This document shows positions 11,971-22,910 of a DNA stretch of 64,000 nucleotides, in pieces. The translations under genes and the position numbers were made by a program. The stretch comes from Coraliomargarita sp. (GTDB taxonomy: Bacteria > Verrucomicrobiota > Verrucomicrobiia > Opitutales > Coraliomargaritaceae), in the NCBI GenBank assembly GCA_965216325.1, contig OZ244160.1, forward strand, positions 1,024,001 through 1,088,000, given 5' to 3'. The notes below the pieces were generated by a model that worked only from the letters and a program-made list of their open reading frames with translations, did no database searches and was not told where the DNA came from. Numbering within the stretch: position 1 is the stretch's first letter; each line of letters begins with the position of its first letter.

Positions 11971-13058
11971 TGATTGAATCCCTGATCAAATCGAGCGGCG
12001 CCGAACTGACCCAACAACGAAAGAAAGCGGCGCCGGTAGTGCTGAGCACCCGCATCCGATTGGCGCGTAACTTGGCGAGTCAACCTTTCCCTGAGCGTGC
12101 CAATGCGACACAGCGCAGTGACGTTTTGTCCAAGTGCCAGGAGTTGATTGGTAACATCCCGACGATGGATAAGGGCTCTTTTTTTGAAATTGAGCAGCTT
12201 TCTGATCTCGAGAAGCAGACTCTGGTGGAGCGGCACCTGATCAGCCGTGAACTTTGCGAAGGTTCGCAAGGGGCGGGTGTCTACATTAAGAAAGACCAGA
12301 GCTGTGCGGTGATGATCAACGAGGAGGACCACCTGCGCATCCAAATACTCAAGTCCGGCTTCAACTTGAAGTCTGCCTGGAAGCAGATTGATGCCTTCGA
12401 CTCCGAGTTGGAGAAATCTTTCGATGTCGCATTCTCGCCTGAATTTGGTTACCTGACTGCGTGTCCGACCAACCTCGGCACCGGCCTACGCGCATCGGTT
12501 ATGATGCATTTGCCAGGCTTGGTCGTTGCAGAGCAAATGGAGCGAGTAGTGCGTGCCGTCAACCAGCTGGGTATTACCGTTCGCGGTCTCTTTGGTGAAG
12601 GGTCGGATGCGACCGGTCACATTTTTCAGATTTCCAATCAGCAAACGCTCGGCGAATCCGAGGAAGAAATTGTTGATCGACTAGGCAACGTGCTCAAGAC
12701 GATCATCGATCACGAACTGAATGCGCGCTTCAAATATCTCGAAGAAAACACCACCCAGCTGTTCGACAAAATAGGCCGTGCCTACGGTGTCTTGCAGAAT
12801 GTCCACGTGCTGAATTCGAATGAGGCAATGAACTTGCTGTCATTGGTGCGACTCGCGGTCGATTTCGGCATGCTTCCAGAGGCTGCTCGTGGCACTGTGG
12901 ATCGCCTTTTCATTGAGTGCCAGCCTGGCCACGTTCAGTTTGCTGCCCAAGCCGGCATTGAGCCCGAAGCTCGCGACATCGCCCGCGCGGAACATATCCG
13001 TAAGGAATTCAGTCAGATGGGTGTTCTATCCTTTGACAAGATTGGCGATCAGGAATAA
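11970..13058 (+). CDS. mcsB: Protein arginine kinase McsB
   Basis: STRIRLARN, MINEEDHLRIQ, GYLTACPTNLGTGLRASVMMHLP, FQISNQ. Confidence 0.96.
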   Translation: MIESLIKSSGAELTQQRKKAAPVVLSTRIRLARNLASQPFPERANATQRSDVLSKCQELIGNIPTMDKGSFFEIEQLSDLEKQTLVERHLISRELCEGSQGAGVYIKKDQSCAVMINEEDHLRIQILKSGFNLKSAWKQIDAFDSELEKSFDVAFSPEFGYLTACPTNLGTGLRASVMMHLPGLVVAEQMERVVRAVNQLGITVRGLFGEGSDATGHIFQISNQQTLGESEEEIVDRLGNVLKTIIDHELNARFKYLEENTTQLFDKIGRAYGVLQNVHVLNSNEAMNLLSLVRLAVDFGMLPEAARGTVDRLFIECQPGHVQFAAQAGIEPEARDIARAEHIRKEFSQMGVLSFDKIGDQE

Positions 13059-13085
13059 AAAACTCACAGTTTACTTACACACTAT

Positions 13086-15566
13086 ATGGAACCTATGAAT
13101 AACTTCACCCCACGCGCACAGCAGGTTTTGGCACTCGCCCGAAAGGAGGCCGATCGTTTTCACCATAACTATGTGGGGACGGAGCACCTGTTGTTGGGCC
13201 TGATCAATCTCGGTCAGGGCGTGGCGGTCAATGTGCTCCAAAAGATGGGACTCGACCTGCAGACCGTACGCTCCGCAGTCGAGAAGCAGGTGGGCACTGG
13301 CCCGGAGAGTAAACCATCCGGCAACATTCCTTACACTCCGCGAGTTAAGAAGGTGCTGGCACTCGCAGGTAAAGAGGCCAAGGCACTGAATCACTCTTAT
13401 GTCGGCACCGAACATATACTTTTAGGCCTTCTACGTGAAGGCGAGGGTGTTGCCGCCCGCGTGCTCAAGTCTCTTGATGTCGACATCGAGCGCTGCCGTA
13501 ACGAAATCCTTTCTGAACTCGATCCAAACTTCTCCGGCGAACCTGAAGAAGCCTCAGCTGGCGGGCAAGGTGCACAAGAAGAGAAGAAGGATTCCAAGAC
13601 ACCGGCGTTGAAAGCCTTTGGGCGTGACCTTACTGAACTTGCCAAGAACGGCGAACTCGATCCGGTCATTGGTCGTAAGGACGAAATTCGCCGTGTCGTG
13701 CAGATTCTCTGCCGCCGCACCAAGAATAATCCGGTTCTAATCGGTGAGGCGGGTGTCGGTAAGACTGCCATCGTCGAAGGACTCGCACAAGAGATCGCAT
13801 CTGGTATCGTGCCAGAGATCCTGATCGACAAGCGCGTGATTACTTTGGACCTCGCGCTGATGGTTGCGGGCACCAAATACCGTGGTCAGTTCGAAGAGCG
13901 TATCAAAGCCGTCATGGATGAGATCCGTAAGGCCAAGAACGTGATCATCTTCATCGACGAACTGCACACCATCGTGGGCGCGGGCGCTGCGGAAGGTGCG
14001 ATGGACGCCTCTAATATTTTCAAGCCAGCGCTCAGCCGCGGCGAGCTTCAGTGCATCGGGGCGACTACACTCGCGGAATACCGTAAATACATCGAGAAGG
14101 ACAGCGCGCTGGACCGCCGCTTTCAGTCGGTGAAGGTAGATGCGCCATCAATCGAAGACACCATTTTGATCCTGAAGGGCATCCGCGGTAAATACGAAGA
14201 CCACCACAAGGTGATCTTTACCGACGACGCCCTCGAGGCCGCTGCCAAGCTTTCTGAGCGCTATATCACTTCACGCTTCTTACCGGACAAGGCGATCGAC
14301 ATACTCGACGAAGCCGGCGCTCGCGCACGCATCGAGTCACTCAAGCGTCCACCTGAGATCGACGCGATGAACGACACCATCGAGGAAGTCTGCGGCAAGA
14401 AGGAAGAAGCGATCAGCAAGCAGCACTTCGAAGAAGCTGCGAAATTCCGCGACGAAGAGAAGCAACTCCGCCAGAAGCAGGCCGATACCATTGAACAATG
14501 GAAAAAGGACCGCGAGGAGAACAAGCTCACCGTTGACGAAGAGGAAATGCTTCAAGTTGTGGCTGCATGGACCGGTATCCCGCTGTCTCGCATGGAAGAG
14601 AAGGAGAGCAAGAAACTGCTCCGCCTTGAGTCCGAGCTTCAGCGCGAAGTCATTGGTCAAAATATCGCGACTGAAGTGATTTCAAAGGCCCTGCGCCGTT
14701 CCCGTGCGGATCTCAAGGACCCTAAACGCCCGATCGGTTCCTTCATGTTCCTTGGGCCTACCGGTGTCGGTAAGACACTTCTGGCAAAGGTCCTCGCTGA
14801 GGAAATGTTCGGCGACAAGGATGCGATCATTCAAATCGACATGTCCGAGTACATGGAGAAGTTTGCGGTGTCTCGTCTCGTTGGCTCACCTCCGGGTTAT
14901 GTTGGTTACGAAGAGGGCGGTCAGCTCACTGAAGCGGTGCGCCGTAAGCCTTACTCTGTCGTGCTCTTTGATGAAATCGAAAAGGCACACCCGGACGTCG
15001 TGCAGCTCCTCCTTCAGGTGCTCGAAGAGGGGCGTCTGACTGATAGCCTCGGACGTAAGGTCGACTTCCGTAATACCATCCTGATCATGACCTCGAATGT
15101 TGGTGCAGACATCCTGCAGCGTAACACATCGATGGGCTTCGGGATCGAGAGCGACGCCGAGAACGAATACGAAAAGATTCGTGAAAAGATCCTAGATGAG
15201 ACCAAGCGCGTCTTTAAGCCTGAATTCCTAAACCGCCTCAACGATCTGGTGATCTTCAAGTCGCTTGCTCGCGAGGATATGGAATCGATCGTCGAGCTGG
15301 AGCTCCGCAATGTCACTGACCGCCTGAAGGAGCGCGAGTTGATCTTCGAGTTCTCAGACGAAGCCAAGGCATTTCTCATCGAAAAGGGCTACGATGAAAA
15401 GTATGGCGCACGCCCACTGCGTCGTGCGGTTGAAAAGTATCTCGAAGATGCCTTAGCTGAAGCGATCCTTGGCGGTGAAATCAAGGCTGGTGAGACGATC
15501 AAGGTTGGGGTCAACGAAGATGGCAAGGCGTTAAAATTTGAGCAGGAACAAGCGGTCTCGGGTTAA
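13086..15566 (+). CDS. clpC: ATP-dependent Clp protease ATP-binding subunit ClpC
   Basis: Two Clp_N repeats, Walker A motifs GEAGVGKT and [11 protein letters not shown] motif, MGF ClpP-docking loop. Confidence 0.97.
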   Translation: MEPMNNFTPRAQQVLALARKEADRFHHNYVGTEHLLLGLINLGQGVAVNVLQKMGLDLQTVRSAVEKQVGTGPESKPSGNIPYTPRVKKVLALAGKEAKALNHSYVGTEHILLGLLREGEGVAARVLKSLDVDIERCRNEILSELDPNFSGEPEEASAGGQGAQEEKKDSKTPALKAFGRDLTELAKNGELDPVIGRKDEIRRVVQILCRRTKNNPVLIGEAGVGKTAIVEGLAQEIASGIVPEILIDKRVITLDLALMVAGTKYRGQFEERIKAVMDEIRKAKNVIIFIDELHTIVGAGAAEGAMDASNIFKPALSRGELQCIGATTLAEYRKYIEKDSALDRRFQSVKVDAPSIEDTILILKGIRGKYEDHHKVIFTDDALEAAAKLSERYITSRFLPDKAIDILDEAGARARIESLKRPPEIDAMNDTIEEVCGKKEEAISKQHFEEAAKFRDEEKQLRQKQADTIEQWKKDREENKLTVDEEEMLQVVAAWTGIPLSRMEEKESKKLLRLESELQREVIGQNIATEVISKALRRSRADLKDPKRPIGSFMFLGPTGVGKTLLAKVLAEEMFGDKDAIIQIDMSEYMEKFAVSRLVGSPPGYVGYEEGGQLTEAVRRKPYSVVLFDEIEKAHPDVVQLLLQVLEEGRLTDSLGRKVDFRNTILIMTSNVGADILQRNTSMGFGIESDAENEYEKIREKILDETKRVFKPEFLNRLNDLVIFKSLAREDMESIVELELRNVTDRLKERELIFEFSDEAKAFLIEKGYDEKYGARPLRRAVEKYLEDALAEAILGGEIKAGETIKVGVNEDGKALKFEQEQAVSG

Positions 15567-15594
15567 ATTAGCTGTACTCTCCGATTTATAACTT

Positions 15595-15628
15595 AAAGGC
15601 CACCCGACTAATTTAGGGTGGCCTTTTT
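15595..15628 (+). terminator. Intrinsic terminator after clpC
   Basis: AAAGGCCACCC / GGGTGGCCTTTTT perfect stem with T-tract. Confidence 0.88.
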
Positions 15629-15784
15629 GCTTAGGTCCTCGGGTGCGTGAGGTGCAGGAAAAATGACTGCAGTGAACTAATTGCACAATCCGCGTTGCTT
15701 TACAGCCATACACCAACAATATATTAAGAGAGCACAGTAAAATTGCACCACTCTTATCGTGCAACTCACTTATCAACCCGAATC

Positions 15785-16261
15785 ATGATGAATCGCCTTA
15801 TACACTTTTTTGCCACATTTACATTCAGCTCAGCCCTGCTCCTGTTCGTACCTGGCTGCGAGACTTCCAGCCAAGGAAGTAAAACGTATACACGTGGGCA
15901 GGCTCAGCAGCAGATGGATGTCTACACCGGCACAGTTCTAAACGTAGCTCAAGTTACCATTGAGCCAGAGACGACAGGTGGAGGTGCTGCAGTCGGGGGT
16001 ATTGCCGGCGGGGTGGTTGGTTCTACTGTTGGAAGTGGAAGCGGGCGCAAATTAGCCACACTTGGTGGTGCGCTTGCCGGTTCTGCAATTGGTTCCAGAG
16101 CCGAGCAGCAAACTCGGACAAAGGCTGGCCTTGAGTTGGAAGTTGAGCTAGACGATGGCCGAATTATCGTTGTTGTGCAAGAAGAGGACGATGTATTTGC
16201 AGTAGGAGACCGCGTTCGGGTTGTGGTCGATAGTCGAGGAGTGTCGCGTGTCCGTCAGTAA
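15785..16261 (+). CDS. Glycine-zipper outer-membrane lipoprotein (SlyB/Pcp-like)
   Basis: Lipobox VPGC, glycine zipper GGAAVGGIAGGVVGSTVGSGSG, C-terminal FAVGDRVRV. Confidence 0.85.
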   Translation: MMNRLIHFFATFTFSSALLLFVPGCETSSQGSKTYTRGQAQQQMDVYTGTVLNVAQVTIEPETTGGGAAVGGIAGGVVGSTVGSGSGRKLATLGGALAGSAIGSRAEQQTRTKAGLELEVELDDGRIIVVVQEEDDVFAVGDRVRVVVDSRGVSRVRQ

Positions 16262-16293
16262 GGCGTCACGGCATTTGTGCGTTCGGATGGCAA

Positions 16294-16965
16294 TTGTTTA
16301 CCGGCGTGACGATTAGCGAATTCCAGTATCAGGTATATTGGTCATTCATCGCGAGTTTCCTGATCTTAGGCTTCTCTGGGGTGATGTTGTTGCGAAATTC
16401 ATTGCGGTATCGCCCACGCGAGCTCGCGATGTTTGCGCGCGGGGCTGGCTGGCTCTGTTGTTGCCTCTCGTTCCACGGTTTTTTTACGACATACTTGTAT
16501 GTTAGCTTTCTTCGAGGGGAGGGTGCGCAGTTACCACTGCCAGCAGCTGTCTCGATTTGGGTGCTGTCAGCTCCTTGGCTGATCCTGCGCCTGAGGTTAT
16601 TAAGACTTTCTGAGCGCACGGCACACCTCAAGTTGTGGGGGCTAGGTTACGCCGCTAGCTATCTCTTAGGGCTAGTTAGTTGTGCCCCCAGTTTACCTAC
16701 AGCTAGAGCTCTTGCTTGCGGACTGTGCGCCTCTATCCCTCCGCTCACCTCTCTCTTGGTTTTGCCGCGTTACTTTCAGGCTGGAAAGGTGCGCGTTGGC
16801 GTCACGGCAATTTTGTGTGGAATCGCAATGCCTGTTCTACTTCTGGTTGCTTACGCCTTCGGGGGCGGCGGTATCTTGCTGCAGTTGCTCCACAATGTTA
16901 CTGTCGTTTTGATTCCGCTAGTCATTCTTGTGTTTTGTTATACTATCAATCAGACAACTAGGTAG
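16294..16965 (+). CDS. Multi-pass membrane protein with distant microbial-rhodopsin-like motifs and no retinal Lys
   Basis: About 7 hydrophobic segments; IWVLSAPWL and LQLLHNVTVVLIP align by eye with rhodopsin helices C and G; TTG start uncertain. Confidence 0.55.
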   Translation: MFTGVTISEFQYQVYWSFIASFLILGFSGVMLLRNSLRYRPRELAMFARGAGWLCCCLSFHGFFTTYLYVSFLRGEGAQLPLPAAVSIWVLSAPWLILRLRLLRLSERTAHLKLWGLGYAASYLLGLVSCAPSLPTARALACGLCASIPPLTSLLVLPRYFQAGKVRVGVTAILCGIAMPVLLLVAYAFGGGGILLQLLHNVTVVLIPLVILVFCYTINQTTR

Positions 16966-17207
16966 CTGTGCGCCAAAGACTAGGCGGGAATTTAACCCGA
17001 AATAAGGGCATTCCTCTAGCTTACTAGGGTGCAATTCACTTCACATGTCTGTTCTTGTGCTTTAATAAACTGTAAAAACACATAATTGGCCGCATTGGTT
17101 CTTTACCCAATAGCACAAAAACAGGCATAAAATGGGATTGCCGAGCCCGAAGGCATCAATTTCCTACTTTAGTTTTACATACCTTTAACCTACAGAACAC
17201 TTAGCTC

Positions 17208-17750
17208 ATGGCTGAAAAAGCAACACTACTGTCGAAGTTGCCACCAGTTGCAAAGAGTGGGAGCAATACGCAAGCAACCACTCCGAACACATCTCCTAAG
17301 CTGGCAAAAACTCAACCTGAACCCATCAGTCCCGCCCCGGCCACACAAACAACTGTTGCACCTGCTGCACCCGTTCAACAGGAGGCTGAAAGTTCCGGGG
17401 CTGGTCTTGTGATTGCTGGTTTAGTCGTTGGCTGTGCCGTCGTTGCGGCTGGAGTCTTTGTATTTCTTAAGAAAAAGAAGCCTGCAGTTGTGCCCTCTGG
17501 CTCCAGCGCACAACAGACTTCTGCGGCCACCGTAGCCCCTGTGGCAGAAGCAGCGACTGCTCCAGTAGCCGAGGCGCCCGCTCCAACCCAACCGGCGCAA
17601 CAGCCAGCGCCAGCGGTTGCGCCACAGCCTCCGCAGCCAGCAGTGAGTCGTGCCACTCCACCAGCCAAGCCAGCATCACGTATTGCGGAAGCCGCTCCGA
17701 ATGCTCCCGCAGGGCTCAAAGCGCCTAGCAAACCCAAAAAGCGCTTCTAG
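17208..17750 (+). CDS. Pro/Ala-rich single-pass membrane protein
   Basis: One TM segment GLVIAGLVVGCAVVAAGVFVFL followed by KKKK; low-complexity PA-rich flanks. Confidence 0.8.
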   Translation: MAEKATLLSKLPPVAKSGSNTQATTPNTSPKLAKTQPEPISPAPATQTTVAPAAPVQQEAESSGAGLVIAGLVVGCAVVAAGVFVFLKKKKPAVVPSGSSAQQTSAATVAPVAEAATAPVAEAPAPTQPAQQPAPAVAPQPPQPAVSRATPPAKPASRIAEAAPNAPAGLKAPSKPKKRF

Positions 17751-17770
17751 AGATTATTTTCTAATAACAG

Positions 17771-18682
<912 letters not shown>

Positions 18683-18742
18683 TGACCATAACCCTTTCCA
18701 TATAAACGAACTTTAAAAACAAACCCATAACCGTAATTAACC

Positions 18743-19474
18743 ATGTCTATTCAGCGTAAATATAAGGTCACCACATCCATCACTCAATATATGTGGGCCT
18801 CTTCACGTGAAGATGCACTAAAGTATCAGGAGGAACTCTTTCGCAAGGGGAAGCTTACAGTCCTTGAACATGGCCAAAGTGACGTAAAGTATTGCTTCAC
18901 TGGCGGTAAAGATTTCATCGAAGCCCCTGAAGACATCTCCAAAACACGTAATCCAGTAACGGACCCTCGCCGTGGAGACTGGTTGGAAATTGCCCATGGT
19001 GATGTCAAGGCATGTGCCTTGGTTCGTCGCCTGACACGCCGCAAAATATACTACTATGAGGCGCTGTCGCGCACCGAGCGTTCTGTTGACCGCGAACGCT
19101 GGCAGCATTGGACTTCTCAGCATACAGTACATCCGTCTTATGACGGGATTGTGCCTCCATTCATTGTCGACGAAGCAGTGCAGGCGCACGAAGACCGCGG
19201 CATGTTGAAGGGATTCAACGCAACCCCAGATTCATCACTCATTCTGGAGATTCTGGATAAGTATGGTTATGTCCCAGATGAATATGAGGTTGAGAATGGT
19301 TACTGGGCAGAACTTTACATCGATAAGGCCATTTCTGAGCAGATCCTAGCTAATCAGCAAGCTCCATCTGAGCGCACCGGCACTGATGGTGGTGATAGTG
19401 GCGAATTTGGCGACTTTTCTGTTGGCTTCTCTGAAGAGCTCCCAACCATTGATGACTTTGAGTCTCAATTTTAA
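18743..19474 (+). CDS. Hypothetical protein with acidic C-terminal tail
   Basis: 243-aa ORF in operon-like spacing; no family recognised. Confidence 0.8.
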   Translation: MSIQRKYKVTTSITQYMWASSREDALKYQEELFRKGKLTVLEHGQSDVKYCFTGGKDFIEAPEDISKTRNPVTDPRRGDWLEIAHGDVKACALVRRLTRRKIYYYEALSRTERSVDRERWQHWTSQHTVHPSYDGIVPPFIVDEAVQAHEDRGMLKGFNATPDSSLILEILDKYGYVPDEYEVENGYWAELYIDKAISEQILANQQAPSERTGTDGGDSGEFGDFSVGFSEELPTIDDFESQF

Positions 19475-19515
19475 TTCTTTGATCACTTCCTCATTTTAAT
19501 CTCGGACATACTCCT

Positions 19516-20436
19516 ATGGCTAGAAAGTTAGCATTTATTAATTACAAGGGTGGGGTTGGTAAGACCTCACTCATCGTCAATGTCTCCTCATGTCTTGCTA
19601 AAAAGGGCAAGCGTGTATTGCTGGTCGACTTGGATACGCAATCCAACTCCAGTATTTGGTTGATGCGCATTGAGCGCTGGAATCGCATTAACATGGAGAA
19701 GCGCGGCTCTGTTTATTCGATCTTCGATCCGGGCGAGGACCGAATGAAGGATATTATTGTTAAAGATGTCCTTCGAGACAATCAGGGAAATCCACAGCTA
19801 CCTGGCTTGGACCTACTTCCGACGACTTTCAACCTCATCGACATTGAGAATGAGTATAAGATCGATCCGCAGCGCCCTCACTACCTGATCTTCAATGAGC
19901 AGATTCGCGAAATAGAGCATAACTATGACTATATTCTCTACGATTGCCCGCCAAACGTGTTGAATGCGTCCCAGTGTGGCATCTTTAGCGCGGACGAACT
20001 CTATGTACCGTCTAACCCAGACGCATTGTCATTGATTGGCTTCACGCTGATGATTGAGAAGTTGTTACTCTTCTACCGTCGTTCAGCTGGGTTCCGTACC
20101 CCTGAGATGGGTAACTTTGCACGCGTAGCTGGTGTTATCTTCAATTCAATCAAGGCAAACGTAGACATTGGCGTGCCTAAGATGCGCATGCAACTCCGCC
20201 TCAACCAATTTAAGAAGCAGCGCCTAGTCTCTAATGAAGCCAAGATCTTCAATACTTGTGTCCGTGACGCAACGATTGTTCGCCGTGCGGTTACGCTAGG
20301 CTTGCCGGTTTGCTTGGTTGAAAGCCGTGATGTTGCCGATGGTGTCGGTCAGGACTACGATGATTTGGCAGAAGAGATCTTGGCACACAGTGTAGTGCCT
20401 GCAGGTACTGGCAATGTTGCTGCTAGCGCTTCTTAA
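19516..20436 (+). CDS. ParA/Soj/MinD-family ATPase (orphan)
   Basis: Deviant Walker A NYKGGVGKT, RVLLVDLDTQSN, YDYILYDCPP; no adjacent parB. Confidence 0.92.
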   Translation: MARKLAFINYKGGVGKTSLIVNVSSCLAKKGKRVLLVDLDTQSNSSIWLMRIERWNRINMEKRGSVYSIFDPGEDRMKDIIVKDVLRDNQGNPQLPGLDLLPTTFNLIDIENEYKIDPQRPHYLIFNEQIREIEHNYDYILYDCPPNVLNASQCGIFSADELYVPSNPDALSLIGFTLMIEKLLLFYRRSAGFRTPEMGNFARVAGVIFNSIKANVDIGVPKMRMQLRLNQFKKQRLVSNEAKIFNTCVRDATIVRRAVTLGLPVCLVESRDVADGVGQDYDDLAEEILAHSVVPAGTGNVAASAS

Positions 20437-20456
20437 TCCTATTTTTTCATCAAGCT

Positions 20457-21485
20457 ATGAGCGAAGACGGTTCCAACAATAACATACTTAGCCCGCAAGA
20501 GAAACTCTCTGCTCGCTGGGATAAGGTTGCTTTCCGTGCACAAGGTTCTCCATTTGAAGACCTCAGTATCGCTTGCTTAGCTAAAAATTCCGGTACGCGT
20601 GCTTGGTCTCGTCCCGGTGGCAAAATCAAGGGGGATACACTTGCGCGTTATGTTTATCTAAGTTTCGAGGAACTCATAGAAATTGAGAAGCTGGATTTAC
20701 GCGCAGCTACACTCCTACTGGAAATCTGCGAGGCCACCTTGTTGTTTGAGGAGGAGTGTGACGATCTGGGCTCTTTTGAAGAGATTGACAATCAAGCACA
20801 TGCCCAACGAATGCGCTTCGTGGAGGAGTTCGGGCTGTATCAAGACTATCCCGTGCGACTGGCAAATCTATCCTCGGATTTGCGCGATCTTTGCGAAGCG
20901 GAAGGAATTAAGAGCTTTATCGATTTAATGGAGTTTCTGGATCGATTGAGTGACCAAGCTTGGATTGGTGGTGATTACAAGTGTCTTCAGAATGTTTTTG
21001 CGCACGGAGACGAGCGTGGCCTGACTCAATATTTTCCGTATCGTAGTGGACATCGTGGATTTCATCTCCCTGAGGCCGTATCATTTTGCTTAAATCGTTT
21101 ATCTCGTCGCGAACTTCAATCCGTTTATGAATACCACGAGCGTCGCAAGCGTCGGGAGCGTCTGTTTGCGAAAACCCGTGAATTGCCCTCAGTGGTAGAG
21201 GATAAGCTCCTTCCGGAAGTTCTGGAGTGTTTATATTACTTTGGCCGTCGACAACCGCGCCTACTGATTCGTCTACATGACTCGGTCTTTTTATGTCGAG
21301 AGTTGATGCATCTTAACGACCCTCAATCAGAAGATGTATTACAGTGGCTATTACATCTGGCCTTAGGCATCTTCCGTCCAAGTGCTGACTCTCAGATCAG
21401 TGAGGACCTGAAAAAGATTACCAAGCCGATGGATGCTGATATCTGCAATGATTTGCGTAAGCTTGTTAATGAAGCAGACGCTTAA
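20457..21485 (+). CDS. Hypothetical protein, possibly with RNAP alpha-CTD-like (HhH) motifs
   Basis: 342-aa ORF; segments YPVRLANLSSDLRDLCEAEGIKSFIDLM and LSFEELIEIEKLDLRAATLLLEI. Confidence 0.75.
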   Translation: MSEDGSNNNILSPQEKLSARWDKVAFRAQGSPFEDLSIACLAKNSGTRAWSRPGGKIKGDTLARYVYLSFEELIEIEKLDLRAATLLLEICEATLLFEEECDDLGSFEEIDNQAHAQRMRFVEEFGLYQDYPVRLANLSSDLRDLCEAEGIKSFIDLMEFLDRLSDQAWIGGDYKCLQNVFAHGDERGLTQYFPYRSGHRGFHLPEAVSFCLNRLSRRELQSVYEYHERRKRRERLFAKTRELPSVVEDKLLPEVLECLYYFGRRQPRLLIRLHDSVFLCRELMHLNDPQSEDVLQWLLHLALGIFRPSADSQISEDLKKITKPMDADICNDLRKLVNEADA

Positions 21486-21497
21486 GGTTAAAGGGAC

Positions 21498-22793
21498 TTA
21501 GTGGTTCTCTGTAGTTAAGATATACGGTTGCACTGAGCTCATTAGGCGTTCAGGCACTGAACCAACGATGTAGGTGCCCTCATCTCGAGCTTCTTCTTTT
21601 CGCACGCCGCCTTCACGGTGCATACGTGCGACCAAATCGTAGCGATCGTGGGGGATGAGCATTCTAAGCTGTGCATAGTCGGCTTCAATGATTGCCTCCA
21701 TTTTGTCGAGTAGGGCATCTACGCCTTCTCCGGTATGGGCACTGATGAAGAATGCGTCCGGATACTTAATACTCAACTCCTGGCGGGTGTTCTCATCCCA
21801 TAGCGAATCAATCTTGTTGAAGACTGTGATGATCTGCTTTTCTTCGGCTCCCAGTTCATTTAGTACAGTAAGCGTCGTCTCTGCATGCGCTTCAACTTCA
21901 GGGCTATTCACATCGAGCACGTGTATTAAAAAGTTGGATACCACCGCTTCTTCGAGCGTCGCCTTGAAGGCATCGACGAGGCGGTGAGGGAGGTTTCGCA
22001 CAAAGCCTACCGTATCGGTGATCACCAATGGTTGGCCACTTGGAAGCGGACAGCGCCGCGAAGTCGGGTCGAGTGTGGCGAAGAGTTTGTCCTCGGCTAA
22101 AATCTCGGAATTTGTCAGCTTGTTGAGTAAGGAAGACTTGCCGGCATTGGTGTAACCGACGATTGCACAGGTCGGCACTGGTACGGTCATACGCTTTTTG
22201 CGCTGCAAGTGGCGGTGTTTAATCACTGTTTCCAGCTCACGCTTTACTCGAGAGATTTGGGTGCGGACCATTCGTTGGTCGAGCTCCAGCTGAGTTTCGC
22301 CGGCATCACGTTGCATCGCGCCACCACCACGCTGACGGCTTAGGTGGGTCCACGCACTTTTCAGACGCGGGAGGTTGTATTCAAGCCGTGCCAGTTCGAC
22401 TTGAAGCACGGCCTCTTTGGTCTGTGCGCGTTTACCGAAGATATCTAAGATCACTTCCTGGCGATCGATCACAAGAATCTTGTCTTTAGCGGCTTGCTCC
22501 CAGTTGCGCTGCTGCGCCGGTGTGAGCTCATTGTCGAAAACAATCACGTCACAATTGTGTGCCTTAGCCTCTGCGACGAGCTCTTCAGCTTTACCCGAGC
22601 CAACAAGGAATTTTGCTTGTGGCTTACGGATTGGGATGTGGCGGACGTGCTCAATGCTAATACCCAATGTGGTGACGAGTTCACGCAGTTCATCGAGTAA
22701 GCTGAGCGTATCACTGGTCTCTTGGTCGGGGAGCGTAATGCCAATGAGCATGGCCCGTTCGACCATTCTGGGTTTTTCTTTAACGTCGTGCAC
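21498..22793 (-). CDS. hflX: GTPase HflX
   Basis: GYTNAGKSS, DKLFATLDPT, DTVGF, NKID, GETQLELDQR; start placed at GTG 22793. Confidence 0.96.
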   Translation of the reverse strand: MHDVKEKPRMVERAMLIGITLPDQETSDTLSLLDELRELVTTLGISIEHVRHIPIRKPQAKFLVGSGKAEELVAEAKAHNCDVIVFDNELTPAQQRNWEQAAKDKILVIDRQEVILDIFGKRAQTKEAVLQVELARLEYNLPRLKSAWTHLSRQRGGGAMQRDAGETQLELDQRMVRTQISRVKRELETVIKHRHLQRKKRMTVPVPTCAIVGYTNAGKSSLLNKLTNSEILAEDKLFATLDPTSRRCPLPSGQPLVITDTVGFVRNLPHRLVDAFKATLEEAVVSNFLIHVLDVNSPEVEAHAETTLTVLNELGAEEKQIITVFNKIDSLWDENTRQELSIKYPDAFFISAHTGEGVDALLDKMEAIIEADYAQLRMLIPHDRYDLVARMHREGGVRKEEARDEGTYIVGSVPERLMSSVQPYILTTENH

Positions 22794-22910
22794 TGAGTTC
22801 TTGGATTTTGGAAAACGCGACAAAGTAGCGACTTCAGTAGGAAAACCAACCCTGAATTTACAGGCTATTTTTGCATCGCGCCAGCTCTGCATTTTGCTTG
22901 CATCGGAGGT

